Of a stretch of DNA of 64,000 bases, positions 15,700 through 29,254 are shown piece by piece (positions within the stretch are counted from its first letter, which is position 1; the number at the start of each line of letters is the position of its first letter). Source of the DNA: Eledone cirrhosa. Its lineage: Eukaryota. The notes beneath the pieces were generated by a model. That model made no database searches and was not told where the DNA came from. It saw only the letters and a program-made list of their open reading frames with translations. The position numbers were made by a program, and so were the translations under genes. The stretch covers positions 84,320,001 through 84,384,000 of the forward strand of contig OZ024741.1 of assembly GCA_964016885.1 (NCBI GenBank). Direction: 5' to 3'.

Positions 15700-16118
15700 A
15701 AAACACAGGTAAGCATTAAGAGAAGGATTTTATCCAGGTATTTACGACCGTTTCATTGGTAAGTGCAACCTTATATTGTTATACTTAAAATAGCAGCCAC
15801 TCAATTATAATTGTTGTTCACGTCCAAATTTTCAAAATAGTGAGTAAGTTACTCTTGAAATAGTTCTTAATATATAGAGAAACATTTTTTGGGAATTGTA
15901 TTTACTAGTATAGAGAGAGAGGAAGAGGAATTAGAAAGTGAGGGGACAAACGGAATAGTATAAAGAGAGATGAAGGGGGGAGAGTTAGGAAGTAGAGTGA
16001 CAAACTGAGATGGAGTGAGGGGTAGAGGTGGAAGGATTCTTTGATTAGTTTTGATATGTAGACTTCATGTCGGTGATTGTAGTGAGTTAAAGAGAATTAA
16101 ATTGATCATAGTGGGAGG

Positions 16119-16184
<66 letters not shown>

Positions 16185-16910
16185 GGAGAGATAAAGAGAT
16201 GAATATATATATATATAAATAAAGATAAAAATAATAATGATAAAAATAAAAGTAAAGAAGAGGGGGGGGGGAAGAAGAAAAGAAAAGATAGCCAAAAAGG
16301 GGAGGGAAGAAAGGAAGAAAACGAAAAGAAATAGAAGAGGAATGAAGGAGAAGGGAGGGATATAGGTATTGGTTTTTGTGGGTAATTAAAGGGGTTAGAT
16401 ACAATAAGAGGGTTTAAAGTCTAAGTATATGCAGCTTGTCAGTTGGTAGTAAGAGGTTAAGGGTTCGATTTGCACTTGTGCGAAAACCTTTCTTTGAGTC
16501 TATGTTTACAATAAATCTTTCGATTTTATTGTTGAGTAACTTATTCTTCGAACTCAAAATGTGGAACAGCTCAAGGTCACATAATCGACAGCATCTCATA
16601 CCACTCCGATATGAGGGCGCGTTTGATAATTTTTTCCACTTCAGGGTGTATTGATGGTTACTTTACCTCAGTTGCCAGATCTTGTTTGCAAGGGTAGTTA
16701 CATAACGATGCTGGGAATGTTTCACTGCGTAACGGTGTGTATACCAATGGGCTTTAAATGTATTCCCAGTCGCTCCGATGTAATACCATTTCTGGCTGTC
16801 TGATTCCACTGTGCATTGGTAAACCAGGTTAGACTGCATACATTCGGACAGGTTTCAGGTAGGTGGTAGTTATAATTCTTGGCATGGGTAACTTTGGCAT
16901 TATTGGTATA
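15700..16910 (-). mobile_element. Old Penelope-like 3' fragment (GIY-YIG remnant plus degenerate HHR at 15739-15839)
   Basis: Frameshifted [11 protein letters not shown]... Cys motif and GIY-YIG-like region at 16400-16900; minus-strand TATT-TTGAAAA-T.TTGG...CCAA.T-GAAA-CGGTCG-TA-AATA. Confidence 0.65.
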
Positions 16911-16972
16911 TATATATATATATGCACATATATATATATATACACATATATATATTATATATATATATATAT

Positions 16973-17025
<53 letters not shown>

Positions 17026-17075
17026 TAATTTAATATATCAACTAACATAGGCGCACAGATGTACGTCCATGCCAG

Positions 17076-17123
<48 letters not shown>

Positions 17124-17156
17124 TATATTTATATATACATATATACACTGAGAATG

Positions 17157-17430
17157 AAAAACTCAGAGCTGTATGGGAGCCTCCCAAAAGTCAGCTCAAA
17201 AGTAACACAGAGGAGACTGAGGTTAGCTGGACATGCTCACCGACATCCAGAGTTGACATAGCACTCAGTGCTCCTGTGGGAGCCCCTACATGGACGCACT
17301 GGAAGAGGAAGTCCAAGGTTAACGTATGTTGATGCCCTAAGGACAGACACTGGTCTGTTGGAGACGCAGGACATGGCAGCAATAATGAGGGACAGAGACC
17401 GCTGGAGAAAACTCGTCCATGGTTCTCGGG
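17157..17430 (+). mobile_element. RTE-clade LINE 3' fragment
   Basis: Frame reads RRLRLAGHAHRHPE...LLWEPLHGRTGRGSPRLTYVDALRTDTG, typical of the RTE ORF C-terminus. Confidence 0.8.
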
Positions 17431-17478
17431 AATTTTACCCGCCCTAGAAAAAAAAAATATATATATGTATGTATATAT

Positions 17479-20400
17479 TCGAAGAAATTGGAGAAAGAGA
17501 AGCAGACCGTTAAAATATAATTTATATGGAGCTCTTACACATGTTACGCCGAAGTTTGGCTCGTCGGAGGCTCGGAGCGAGGTAAAGGGTTTAATTAGGA
17601 ACGTTGTATGGGTACGAATACGATGTTCATATCGAAATTCATATCGAGTGTTACAGAGTTAGCTGCTTAGGCTTGTGTACAAAGGGGAGTAATTCCGGTG
17701 TTAATGTTGGAGTTCTCTGCTAAAGTTCAGTTCAATTATAGAATATTTATTTACTCGCCTGGGTGTATATACTATATGCTAATTTGATAATGCTTAGCCA
17801 CGCCACTTTGCAGAGGCACAATTAAGGTATGAATGTGAGTGCTCGGTAATATAATGGTCGGTGAGACTTATGTACAGTCTAATTTAGTATGAAGTAGTAA
17901 ATTCGACAAAGGTATAAACGCCGGATAGTGTAAAGGTGAAGACGGCAGGTTTTGCATTATCACGTGATTATATGCCCAAGGTGTTTAAATGGCACAATCA
18001 TCGATCCTGCAGAGATACTCAAGATTTATTCCGTTGGTGTGGAGGAGTATGACGAGGCAATTAGGTCTGGACAGATGCACTGCAACATCCTTGAGAGATG
18101 ACGGTGGCTGGATAATAGTATAGTTCACAGGTGTTTAATTGTTTAGTCCACCGTTTTAAGACCAGTTAGAATGCGGTGTAAAATGCCCTGGTACTATGGT
18201 GCTTGGGTATTATCCGTGGTCCATCTGTAGAACGACTGCTGTAGTATATGGCCGCCATTGATGACGGTTTCGGCTCGGTTGTTCATAAGATCAGGGGGCG
18301 CTTGTACGATATAGTAAAGCTCCATGAGACAGAGCTGGCAGTTCTTCTTTAAGCTGTAGGGTGTTGCGAGGTTGACAATTTCCCAATAAGTTGAGAGCTG
18401 GTGCTAACGTCTTTTAAACTGGTCATGTCATTGGCAAGGGATGTAGAGGGCCTTAGCTTCCTATTTCTAAAAGAGTGAAGATGTGCTCGAAATCTAGTCT
18501 TGAACGAGCCAGAAGTATCCCCTATGTAGCATTTGATGCTATTGTGGCTAGTAACTGTACATTTGTATATAACATTTCTAGTTAGACATTGGCTCCGTAG
18601 TGGACAGTTATCTGTCACGACAATTGCAGTGCTTACTATGGTCACCTCGGGACCGGCTGTTATTAGTACCCACCGCGACACTATTATTAATATTATTATT
18701 ATAATCGGGACCACAGCTTCGATTGTTGTCGTTTGTATTACCTAAGTTAGCGACGCACAGGGTAGTACCATGTGTACGCGGTATATTACCGCGCCTTCTA
18801 CTGCGGTTGCTCGCACTATTGAGGTCCGTATCGCAGCCCTAGGCCGTATTACTGCAGCGGCGAGCATGCCGGTTAAGCTTACCACCAACATTGCTGGGTG
18901 CGGCTAGGGAATTGCTAAGGTTATCCAGTCTGCCATATTCTCTAAGATTGTCTCTGCTAGGATGCTGTGTGTTAGTGAGCTTGTTGTAGTTACTTATCGC
19001 TATGAGGTCAGCTAGATTAGGTGTAGTGGAGAAGGATATTTTAACGTTATTCTTATTGAGGATTTTTCTCTATTTATGCTTGGGTGGGAAGTTTTTCTCT
19101 AAGGCGTCGAAGAAGATTCTGGGTAAGTCGGAAGCCACCCTCCGTGAGTAAGGAGGATGGGGCCAGGGAACATTACGTTGGTGGTTATGTGTGGCTGTGG
19201 GTTTGCTATATGGTGCACTGACCGGGTGATCCTTCTTGTCATTGCTAATATGTTGCTGCCTGGTGTGCATAGATTGTGCGTCATGCCTAGGTGTGCGAGA
19301 CGTCCGAATGTGGTGGTTCCGTGTCCTCACAGGCAGATTAGGGGGTGTAGATAGTAAGCCATTACATTTGTTAAGCCTGTAAGCGGGGAATAACCCGAGT
19401 AGGCAGCCTGTGCTAATGTCAACCGGACCATGATACTTTAGTTGCGGTGAACTGGCTGCCCCACTACCTCTGTAATTCGCGTGAGGGCCGTATCTATTGT
19501 TGCGATTACCTATTCTACTATTAGTTACACTTGTGTGGCTGCGGTGCGGTTGGTTATAGGTATGGCTTACTATAACACTAGTCCGACATGAGGGGGGGGG
19601 GGGGGTACACAGTTAGCCTTATGAATGTAGGAGATCTTACGGTTATAACCTGAGTCTGCTAAGGCACTATTGTAGTATACGACTGCTTGGTTGTAGAGGT
19701 CATCATTAGCAGAAACAACCACATAGTCAAATTCCTAGATGTTACTTTAGAATTGAGTACTCGCTCATACAGACCATACCATAAGCCCGGTGAGGTTCTA
19801 TCCTATATCAATTACGCTACTAACCACCCTAACTCTACGCTCAACTCCATAGTCTATAGCATCTCCCATAGAATCTCGCGGCTTTCTGCTAATGATGACC
19901 TCTTCAACCAAGCAGCCGTATACTACAATAGGGCCTTAGCAAACTCAGGTTATAACCGTAAGCCTCCTACCTCCATAAGGCTGACTGTGTAACCCCCCCT
20001 CCCCCTTTCGGACTAGTGTTATAGTAAGCCATACCTATAACCAACCGCACCGCAGCCACACAAGTGTAACTAATAGTAGAATAGGTAATCGCAACAATAG
20101 ATACAGCCCTCACGCGAATTACAGAGGTAGTGGGGCAGCCAGTTCACCGCAACTAAAGTATCATGGTCCGGTTGACATTAGCACAGGCTGCCTACTCGGA
20201 TTATTCCCCGCTTACAGGCTTAACAAATGTAATGGCTTACTATCTACACCTCCTAATCTGCCTGTGAGGACACGGAACCACCACATTCGGACGTCTCGCG
20301 CACCTAGGCATGACGCACAATCTATGCACACCAGGAAACAACATATTAGCAATGACAAGAAGGATCACCCGGTCAGTGCACCATATAGCAAACCCACAGC

Positions 20401-22290
20401 CACACATAACCGCCAACGTAATGTTCCCTGGTTCCATCCTCCTAACTCACGGAGGGTGGCCTCCGACTTACCCAGAATCTTCTTCGACGCCTTAGAGAAA
20501 AACTTCCCACCCAAGCATAAATAGAGAAAAATCCTCAATAAGAATAACGTTAAAATATCCTTCTCCACTACACCTAATCTAGCTGACCTCATAGCGATAA
20601 GTAACTACAACAAGCTCACTAACACACAGCATCCTAGCAGAGACAATCTTAGAGAATATGGCAGACTGGATAACCTTAGCAATTCCCTAGCCGCACCCGG
20701 CAATGTTGGTGGTAAGCTTAACCGGCATGCTCGCCGCTGCAGTAATACGGCCTAGGGCTGCGATACGTACCTCAATAGTGAGAGCAACCGCGGTAGAAGG
20801 CGCGGTAATATACCGCGTACACATGGTACTACCCTGTGCGTCCCTAACTTAGGTAATACTAACGACAACAATCGAAGCTGTGGTCCCGATAATAATAATA
20901 ATATTAATAATAGTATCGTGGTGGGTACTAATAACAGCGGGTCCCGAGGTGACAATAGTAAGCACTGCAATTGTCGTGACCCCGATAACTGTCCACTACG
21001 GGGCCAATGTCTAACTAGAAATGTTATATACAAATGTACAGTTACTAGCCACAATAGCATCAAATGCTACATAGGGGATACTTCTGGCTCGTTCAAGACT
21101 AGATTTCGAGCACATCTTCACTCTTTTAGAAATAGGAAGCTAAGGCCCTCTACATCCCTTGCCAATGACATGACCAGTTTAAAAGACGTTAGCACCAGCT
21201 CTCAACTTATTGGGAAATTGTCAACCTCGCAACACCCTACAGCTTAAAGAAGAACTGCCAGCTCTGTCTCATGGAGCTTTACTATATCGTACAAGCGCCC
21301 CCTGATCTTATGAACAACCGAGCCGAAACCGTCATCAATGGCGGCCATATACTACAGCAGTCGTTCTACAGATGGACCACGGATAATACCCAAGCACCAT
21401 AGTACCAGGGCATTTTACACCGCATTCTAACTGGTCATAAAACGGTGGACTAAAAAATTAAACACCTGTGAACTATACTATTATCCAGCCACCGTCATCT
21501 CTCAAGGATGTTGCAGTGCATCTGTCCGGACCTAATTGCCTCGTCATACTCCTCCACACCAACGGAATAAATCTTGAGTATCTCTGCAGGATCGATGATT
21601 GTGCCATTTAAACACCTTGGGCATATAATCATGTGACTATGCAAAACCTGACGTCTACACCTTTATACTATCCGGCGTTTATACATTTGTCGAATTTACT
21701 ACCTCATACTAAATTAGACTATACATAAGTCTCACCGACCATTATATTACCGAGCACTCACATTCATACCTTAATTGTGCCTCTGCAAAGTGGCGTGACT
21801 AAGCATTATCAAATTAGCATATAGTATATAGACCCAGGCGAAAAAATAAATATTCTATAATAGTGGAACTGAAATTTAGCAGAGAACTCCAACATTAACA
21901 CCGGAATTACTCCTCTTTGTACACAAACCTAAGCAGCTAACTCTGTAACACTCGATATGAAATTCGATGTGAACATCGTATTCGTACCCATACAGGCTTC
22001 CTAATTAAACCCTTTACCTCCCTCTGAGCCTCCGACGATGCCAACTTGGGTGTAACATGTTTAAGAGCTCCATATGAATTATATTTTAACGGTCTACTTC
22101 TCTATCTTCAAGTTCTTCGATTATAATTGCTCTGCACTCTAAATATTAACGATTCTAATGTTTAACCCTGTCTGTATAAGCATCGAGCACTAAAGCACTT
22201 GCTGCTGGCAGTTAATTATCTGTATCCTCTCCTCCTATAACGTTTCTTCTCTTCTTCTCTCTATAGTCTCTTTCACGATACTATAACATT
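17479..22290. mobile_element. Penelope-like element as a 4.6-kb palindrome (arms 17479-19715 and 19883-22120)
   Basis: Mirror ORF pairs in the track; RT thumb KFLDVTL...YRPYHKP in the 167-bp spacer; WFHPP linker; CNCRDPDNCPLRGQCL...VIYKC...YIGDTSGSFKTRFRAH GIY-YIG. Confidence 0.95.
17531..17571 (-). ncRNA. Variant hammerhead-like motif (CCGACGA / GTAA core); mirror copy 22028-22068 (+)
   Basis: GCCT-CCGACGA-GCC.AAACTTC.GGC-GTAA-CATGTG-TA-AGAGC, located at the PLE 3' end where HHRs are expected. Confidence 0.55.
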
Positions 22291-22309
22291 TTATTATATA
22301 TATATATAT

Positions 22310-22772
22310 CAGTGGCGAAGGGGTAACCTAGAAACCTAGAAAGCAATCCAATCGCCATGGCGGAAAGTGGGGCTGTGCAGCTTTACACCCCCCCCCACCG
22401 AATTCCCTCTAAATGACCCTCCCGGTCAAAGCCGCACGTAGTGTTATCTAGTGTGTGTGTGTGTGTTATCTTTTTATGTCTCTACGATTTAGTAAACAGT
22501 CAAAATTATTCTTGCCCCAAAGCTGTCGTGTGTTTGTGTGAGTGTGTGTGTGTGTGTGTTATAGTTTTATGTGTCTACGATTAATTAACCAGTCAAAAAT
22601 ATGCTTGCCCTAAAGCTGGCGTGTATTTGTGTGTATGTGTTTGTGTGTATGTGTGTGTGTGTTATCATTTTTTGTGTCTATACGTTTTAGTAAGCAGCCA
22701 AAATTCTGGTTGCTTCAACCGACGTAATTGATCAACTCAAGATTCTATAACGCATGCACGGACCCTTCACCC

Positions 22773-22775
<3 letters not shown>
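22310..22775. mobile_element. MITE with hAT-like termini and internal ~90-bp tandem repeats
   Basis: CAGTGGCGAAGGGG...ACCCTTCACCCCTG imperfect TIRs within (TA)n; three GTGTGTTAT...AGTCAAAA units. Confidence 0.65.
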
Positions 22776-22857
<82 letters not shown>

Positions 22858-23000
22858 ATGTATTAGTAGTGAGTACAAAATCTAGAGAGGAGAACAAAGT
22901 TTAGAGAGGATTCGATAACAGTTGTGTATAGATATAAACTCACAAAGCAAATATTAATCTGTGCTAATATCATATCATATCATATATATATATATATATA

Positions 23001-24085
23001 AACAAACATAAATTATCGAGATTTCGGTCCACGAAATAACGAAAAACAAACTCCGAGATGTGTGGCAAGTGCTCAATGATTCAATGAATCAGAGCTATAA
23101 CAAACGTTAAAGGCCCTACACACTGAGACGATGGTTAAACAATCATTCGCATAGCCAAAAAAACGATCAAGTAATTCGGGTCAAACAAATAAAAAATATC
23201 TGTGATTGAAAATTTACCCGGACTCCTGGAAGGTTGGTAAAATCCACTATTTGGGTTTCTGCGGCTCCTAAATCAAGTACTGTCCGCTTACATAAATAAT
23301 GTTAGGCTTCTGGTAAGATGATTGAACAAGGAAGCCACTTTCTCAACAGGTTTTAGTTCAATGTTAATAGAAGGACTGACTATTGCTGACCCCACGTGGG
23401 GATCGGCAAGGGAGGCAACCCCTATATCAGGCGAATGAATTCAGTAGTGTATATTTTTGCAAGAATGCAATAACATCACAAATCGAATAGAGTTCTCAAC
23501 AGAAGGGTTAAAATTAACGTAAGCTATTCATCAGTCAATAGAATCAACTAAATCATCAAGAAAATTAACTGGTCAATAGCTAGAGTCTGGAGATTAATAC
23601 AAACATAAATTATCGAGAATCGCATTTCGGTCGGAAATAACGAAAAACAACCTCCGAGATGTGTGGCAAGTGCTCAATGATTCAGATGAACTAGAGCTAT
23701 AAAAGAAGTTAAAGGCTAAACACACTGAGACGATGGTTAAACAATCATTCGCACAGCGAAAATAACGATTAAGTAATTCGGGTCAAACAAATAAAAAATA
23801 TCTGTGATTGAAAATTTACCCGGACCCCTGGAAGGTTGGTAAAATCCAGTATTTGGGTTTCTTCGGCTCCTAAATCAAGTACTGTCCGCTTACATAAATA
23901 ATTGTTTCTACTTACATAAATAATGTTAGGCTTCTGGTAAGATGATTGAACAAGGAAGGCACTTTCTCAACAGGTTTCAGTTCAATGTTAATAGAAGGAC
24001 TGACTATTGCTGACCCCACGCGGGGATCGGCAAGGGAGGCAACCCCTATATCAGGCGAATGAATTCAGCTGTGTATATTTTGTGT
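23001..24085. repeat. Tandem ~597-bp non-coding unit (about 1.8 copies)
   Basis: ACAAACATAAATTATCGAG at 23002 and 23599; flanked by (TA)n. Confidence 0.9.
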
Positions 24086-24304
24086 ATATGTTATATATAT
24101 ATATATATATATATATAAATTAATACAATAACAAAGAAAGCTTTACGCTAAACTCCGACTGGTAACCATCTCACTCAACAAACATTAGGTTATACGTTAG
24201 TATAAACCCAATTTAATGTCCGGGGTGCTAACTATATGTATTTTGTGGAAACCCAGTTGTATTATTTTATATGAGATATAATTAAAATTAAAATATATCT
24301 CTCT

Positions 24305-24429
24305 TTCCAAACAATTGTTTCATTATAAGTATTCTACAAGTTGGGAGAATATTTCCAGTTTATGTAGAAGCCTAATATATTTTCATATAAGAATACAATT
24401 AGGTGGGCACTTATAAATCGTCAGTGGAA
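24305..24429 (-). ncRNA. Type I hammerhead (CTGACGA) in a dispersed copy of the 1005-bp family
   Basis: Same stems as 11410-11534; the core differs only at the free N7 position. Confidence 0.78.
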
Positions 24430-24747
24430 GCCCATTAAACTTTGATATAAGAAAAATTTCTTACCGCAGTTAATTTTCGTGTCTGCTAACTTGTCCCTAC
24501 ACGCATCGAATGACCGCCAAATTTGAAATTCCAGCAGTCCTTTGACTGAGGAAGTATCATAACGTCACGAAGCGGGAAAGGGAGACAATCACGAGTCACG
24601 AGAAAAGAAAAATAATATACACGTGTGTTAATTAGTTTTTTCAAAAACATTATTAATCCTTCGTGTTAAGAACTCAATTACATTTTTTAAAAAATAAATG
24701 TATGCGTGTATTAATTACACACGCATATAGATATTTTCTTAGGCTAA

Positions 24748-24986
24748 AAACTTGTAATTCGATAATCCTTACTCAAGAAACCCCATTTAATGTTGCATTC
24801 TTAGATACAGACTCATAAATATGTTACTAAATCTGGGTGAGACTTTCAAACGGACACACACACACTCTCTCTCTATCCCTCTCACAAACACACACACTCT
24901 CTCCTCTCTCTCCCACACACAAACAAATATATATTTCTATCTATCTATCTATCTATATATATATATATATATATATATATAGATAT

Positions 24987-25051
<65 letters not shown>

Positions 25052-25237
25052 AATATATATTTGTGTGTGTGTGTGAGAGAGAGAGGAGAGAGTGTGTGTG
25101 TGTGTGAGAGGGAGAGAGAGTGTGTGTGTGTCCGTTTGAAAGTCTCACCCAGATTTAGTAACATATTTATGAGTCTGTATCTAAGAATGCAACATTAAAT
25201 GGGGTTTCTTGAGTAAGGATTATCGAATTACAAGTTT
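24748..25237. repeat. Perfect inverted repeat centred on microsatellites
   Basis: ~110-bp unique arms (24748-24860 and 25127-25237) match by eye without mismatch; mirrored CA/CT and ATAG tracts inside. Confidence 0.92.
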
Positions 25238-25406
25238 ATATTCGTGAGGCCGACTCAGAAACCACTCGGCCATGCACTCAACACACACAAATGCACTTAT
25301 ACTTATTTTAACATAAAGAAAGGGAGAGCTGGGCTAGAGAGAAAGGAGGTATCTGTGTGTCTGTGTCTGTGTGTGTGTCTGTGTGTGTGTCTGTGTGTGT
25401 GTGTGT

Positions 25407-25455
<49 letters not shown>

Positions 25456-25739
25456 TGTGTGTGTTTGTGTGTGTATGTGAGAGAGAGAGACAAAGAAATA
25501 GAAAGAAATATAGAGAATCGCTTTTGTATATTGCAAGTGGGAAACAAACTCCAATCAACCGAAGCCATCCTCGCTATTTCAAGAATAAAACCTTTTAGCA
25601 CTGTGTAGTCATGGAAGTAATCAAAGGAGATAATTCATATAGTTGTATTTAACGCTTTTTAAGACAATGCTCTGACTATGGACTTTCTCTATATGCCATA
25701 TATATATATATATATGCCATATATATATATATATATGAT

Positions 25740-26247
25740 CGCTGCAAACTCTGCTAAGAGTATTGCAATCGCTTGTCAGTTATAGAGTTTGGTGCACTTT
25801 TAGGCTACGGCCAGCCACACAAGCAATGCCTGTGCTTTGGAGGCTTTTCAAGTGGGGAAAGGCCTAGCACTCGACCAATCCCACTCTCTGAGCATCGAAA
25901 ACACTACCGGAAATGGGGGAACTGGTCAACTTCATCGGATGCTTCCGAAGCAGCAGGGCTTTTTTTTTTTATGTTTCCTCTCTCTTAGAAAGGTGTGGTG
26001 ACAACAACTATGGGCCTTTCACTCCCAGGTGAAAAAACAGCACTACTATTTGGATGGCCGTTGTCTCTGCTGAGTTCCTCTGCCCTTTGTCGGGTCTTGT
26101 ATTTCATCCCGCAGTGTGTCCAAATACCCCCCCCCTCTCCTGGTGGGGTTGCCGGTTTAGACCATGAGACAGGTTGTACTGTGTTATATGTTACCAGTAG
26201 TACTTCAGAGCGACATGACACACACGCATACATATATACACACACAT

Positions 26248-26335
<88 letters not shown>

Positions 26336-26380
26336 CGAAGGAAGTGTGGTAAGTAACCAGATGGACCATAACGCACCAGA
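25740..26380. repeat. Composite dispersed repeat; inverted, diverged homologue at ~34115-34720
   Basis: Shared blocks (CTCTGAGCATCGAA; GGTTGTACTG...TGTTACCAGTAG; GGACCATAACGCACCA) lie in reverse order, separated by a microsatellite at the same position. Confidence 0.75.
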
Positions 26381-26711
26381 TTATTATTATTTTTATTTAA
26401 TTTTTTTTTTTTTTTATCAATTTATTAACCTTTTAATTTTATAACTTCTCACTCTCAGATTCCTCCAGAATTCTTATTTCGCATGCTTTGTAGTTACCCT
26501 AATTTCATACACTCTCCTTAGAATTTGGTGTATAGAATTCACTTTCAACGCTTGACCGGCTCCACCCACACCCTCATTGTTGCACAGGCATGTACAGCCA
26601 CCCCACCTCTCTCCTACCGCTATGAAAGTTTTAATTGTGTTTACAAGAAATGTTGACCAATCCTTTTGACAACTACATAGCTCTGCCGTTTGGGTCTTGA
26701 ACATTTTCCTA

Positions 26712-26768
<57 letters not shown>

Positions 26769-26920
26769 AAGAAAGTGTGTGGGAAGAAACCAGGTGGACC
26801 ATAACGCACCAGAGTACACGATACTTAAGGTAGTAGAGTAGGTAATAGGAAAAGAGTCAGGACCCCGACGGCTAAGCTCCGGCCGTTTCGACAGTTAGAT
26901 CGGAACTAACCCAGTATTGA

Positions 26921-26949
<29 letters not shown>

Positions 26950-26954
<5 letters not shown>

Positions 26955-27672
26955 ATACGTACATATATATATGTATACAGAGGTACTGTAGTATGTATAT
27001 ATATACATACATGCACACATATATATATGCACGTATCGGTTTACCGAACATTTATTATAATGCTCGGTTTGTTTGTTTGTAAACAAACAAACAGCCTGAA
27101 TTACGCCCTACAGTATTTTGGCAACCACGTCACCTTTTTGTTCAACACTGACAAGGGAACGATGTACTAGTTTCAAGATTATTAGCTATCGTCAGCATCG
27201 TATACCTTCCTGCCAGATGGTTGAACGTCTGAAAATATATACTTTCCTTATACATATTAACGGCTGAGCAGCCTAATTTGCATATCGAGTGAGTTCAGTC
27301 GGCCGGGCGCACCGAAAACGATAAATGGAATAGAATGAAACGAAATTTCATTTCTCACTCTTACCACGGCACTTACTTAAATGTAAGTATGTATGTATAC
27401 GTACATACATATATGTATACAGACGTACAGTAGTATGTATATATATACATACATGCACACACATATATATATGCACGTATCGCTTTACCGAACATTTATT
27501 ATAATGCTCGGTTTGTTTATTTGTAAACAAACAAACAGCCCGAATTACGCCGTACATACTACTGTACGTCTGTATACATATATATATGTACGTATACATA
27601 CGTACATACTTACATTTAAGTAAGTGCCGTACTAAGAGTGAGAAATGAAATTTCGTTTCATTCTATTCCATT
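26950..27672 (-). repeat. ~430-bp HHR-bearing unit, tandem plus inverted (pLTR-like); same family at 57741-58707, fragment at ~36988-37030
   Basis: Direct partial repeat from ~27385; inversion 27323-27439 versus 27553-27672. Confidence 0.9.
27159..27201 (-). ncRNA. Minimal type I hammerhead
   Basis: ACGATG-CTGACGA-TAGCTAATAATCTT-GAAA-CTAG-TA-CATCGT; GUA triplet. Confidence 0.85.
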
Positions 27673-27679
27673 TATATAT

Positions 27680-27753
<74 letters not shown>

Positions 27754-28237
27754 CGATGTGTCGAGAGATGGGTATGTTACTATGCTGCTAAGAAGACAGA
27801 AACGCATTTCGATGTGTTTCTACTTTTGTCACATGCAACAAACCCCGTGTAAAGAGATTTAAAATTAATAAAGAAAAATATAGATACTCACGTATACTCG
27901 AAAACGATTTAATATTTAAATTGTAGGATGTTGAAATTCTTTTAGAATTCATCCTTAGAGAACGTTTTCAAATGTAAATAATAATTTTAATGTTTGACAT
28001 TATTATAAGTTTTTAAAGTGGTATTGGCAATGCAGATGGTTGACACAATGAAAACACTTCAATAGGAATTATATAATCTTTGAAGTGAAATTTCCTACTG
28101 GATTGTGTGTACACGTGTGTGTCTGTGTAAGTGTGTGTGTTTGTGTATGTGTAAGTGAGTGCGCGTCAGGGTGCTGTGTTTATTTAGCTAAGTATTTGTA
28201 AGTATCCTATGTAGCACCTAGCAACTTTGTATAGGGG

Positions 28238-28580
28238 TCTTCTTCTTCTACGCCCACTTATTCCTGAGAGGGTGGTGGGGGCAGAGTCCTCAAACAGTCC
28301 TTCCAGCGGGTCCTGTCAAAAGCAACCATCTCCAACTTTTTGAAAATTAGGATTATTAATCCCGATACCATTGTTTAGATAGCTTTCCAGAGATCCAGTA
28401 CGCCCGACACACATGAGTCTGCCAGAGAATACCTTGCTTATTTAACACTCTTAACATCTCGGGCCGGATTTCCTCTTCCCCAACGACCTAGTTACATTTG
28501 AACTCAGCCTCTGAGAGATAGGTTACTGCTCTCAGATGCTATTGTGATCGGGTTTAGGAGATCAGCAAAGATTGGCCTAG
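28238..28580 (-). mobile_element. RTE-like LINE 3' fragment
   Basis: Minus strand ends ...EMVAFDRTRWKDCLRTL with an (AAG)n tail; RWGRGNP-like motif upstream. Confidence 0.65.
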
Positions 28581-29066
28581 TGTATTAAGGGTGGTATATA
28601 AAAATGTTACAAGATTTATAATAAAGAATGTTATTGAAAAGGAAGCACGTTTGAGTCGTTTCTGGGTTTCCCCTTTACGGTCGTTAATTATTTCCTTTCT
28701 TTAATCCTATAATGCATCAAAAACAATCTCCACGCATGAATGTTAATAGTGGTAGATTCAGACTTTTCTGCATATATACCTAGTGAAATCGTGTTGGATT
28801 CAAAGTGATGCTTGTTCTGAGATAGGCATTAGAAGACTATCACCATTTACGATACTGATCTTAACTTAATTATATATAAATATATATATGGATCTGTATG
28901 TATATACGAGCGTATTTTCAGGTGTTTCTGCTTACGAATATGTGTTCATAATTTCATATGTCGATATGAATACGGATGCGTTCATGTCTGTATATGTATG
29001 TACGTGTATTGCATGCATGCTTGTGGGGAATCAAGTTATTAGATTTTCTAAATATTATATCACTAG

Positions 29067-29254
29067 ACCTCCTTATCTTCCTATATGTCATTGCCATTGT
29101 ATTAACCATAGTTTGCGTGGCATTGTGGGGCTCCTATTGTATGATGAAACTGAAATCTGCAACAGTGTCTAGAAGAAACTATACAGAATTTTAGATCACG
29201 AAACATATGCAATAAGCATCATCAAAAACATATTATTTGCCGAATCTACAAATA
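29067..29254 (+). CDS. Candidate exon encoding a transmembrane helix and short tail of a single-pass protein
   Basis: CACTAG acceptor; (D)LLIFLYVIAIVLTIVCVALWGSYCMMKLKSATVSRRNYTEF* with stop at 29192-29194; strong GTAAGT donor at 29255; strong acceptor at ~29673. Confidence 0.4.
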
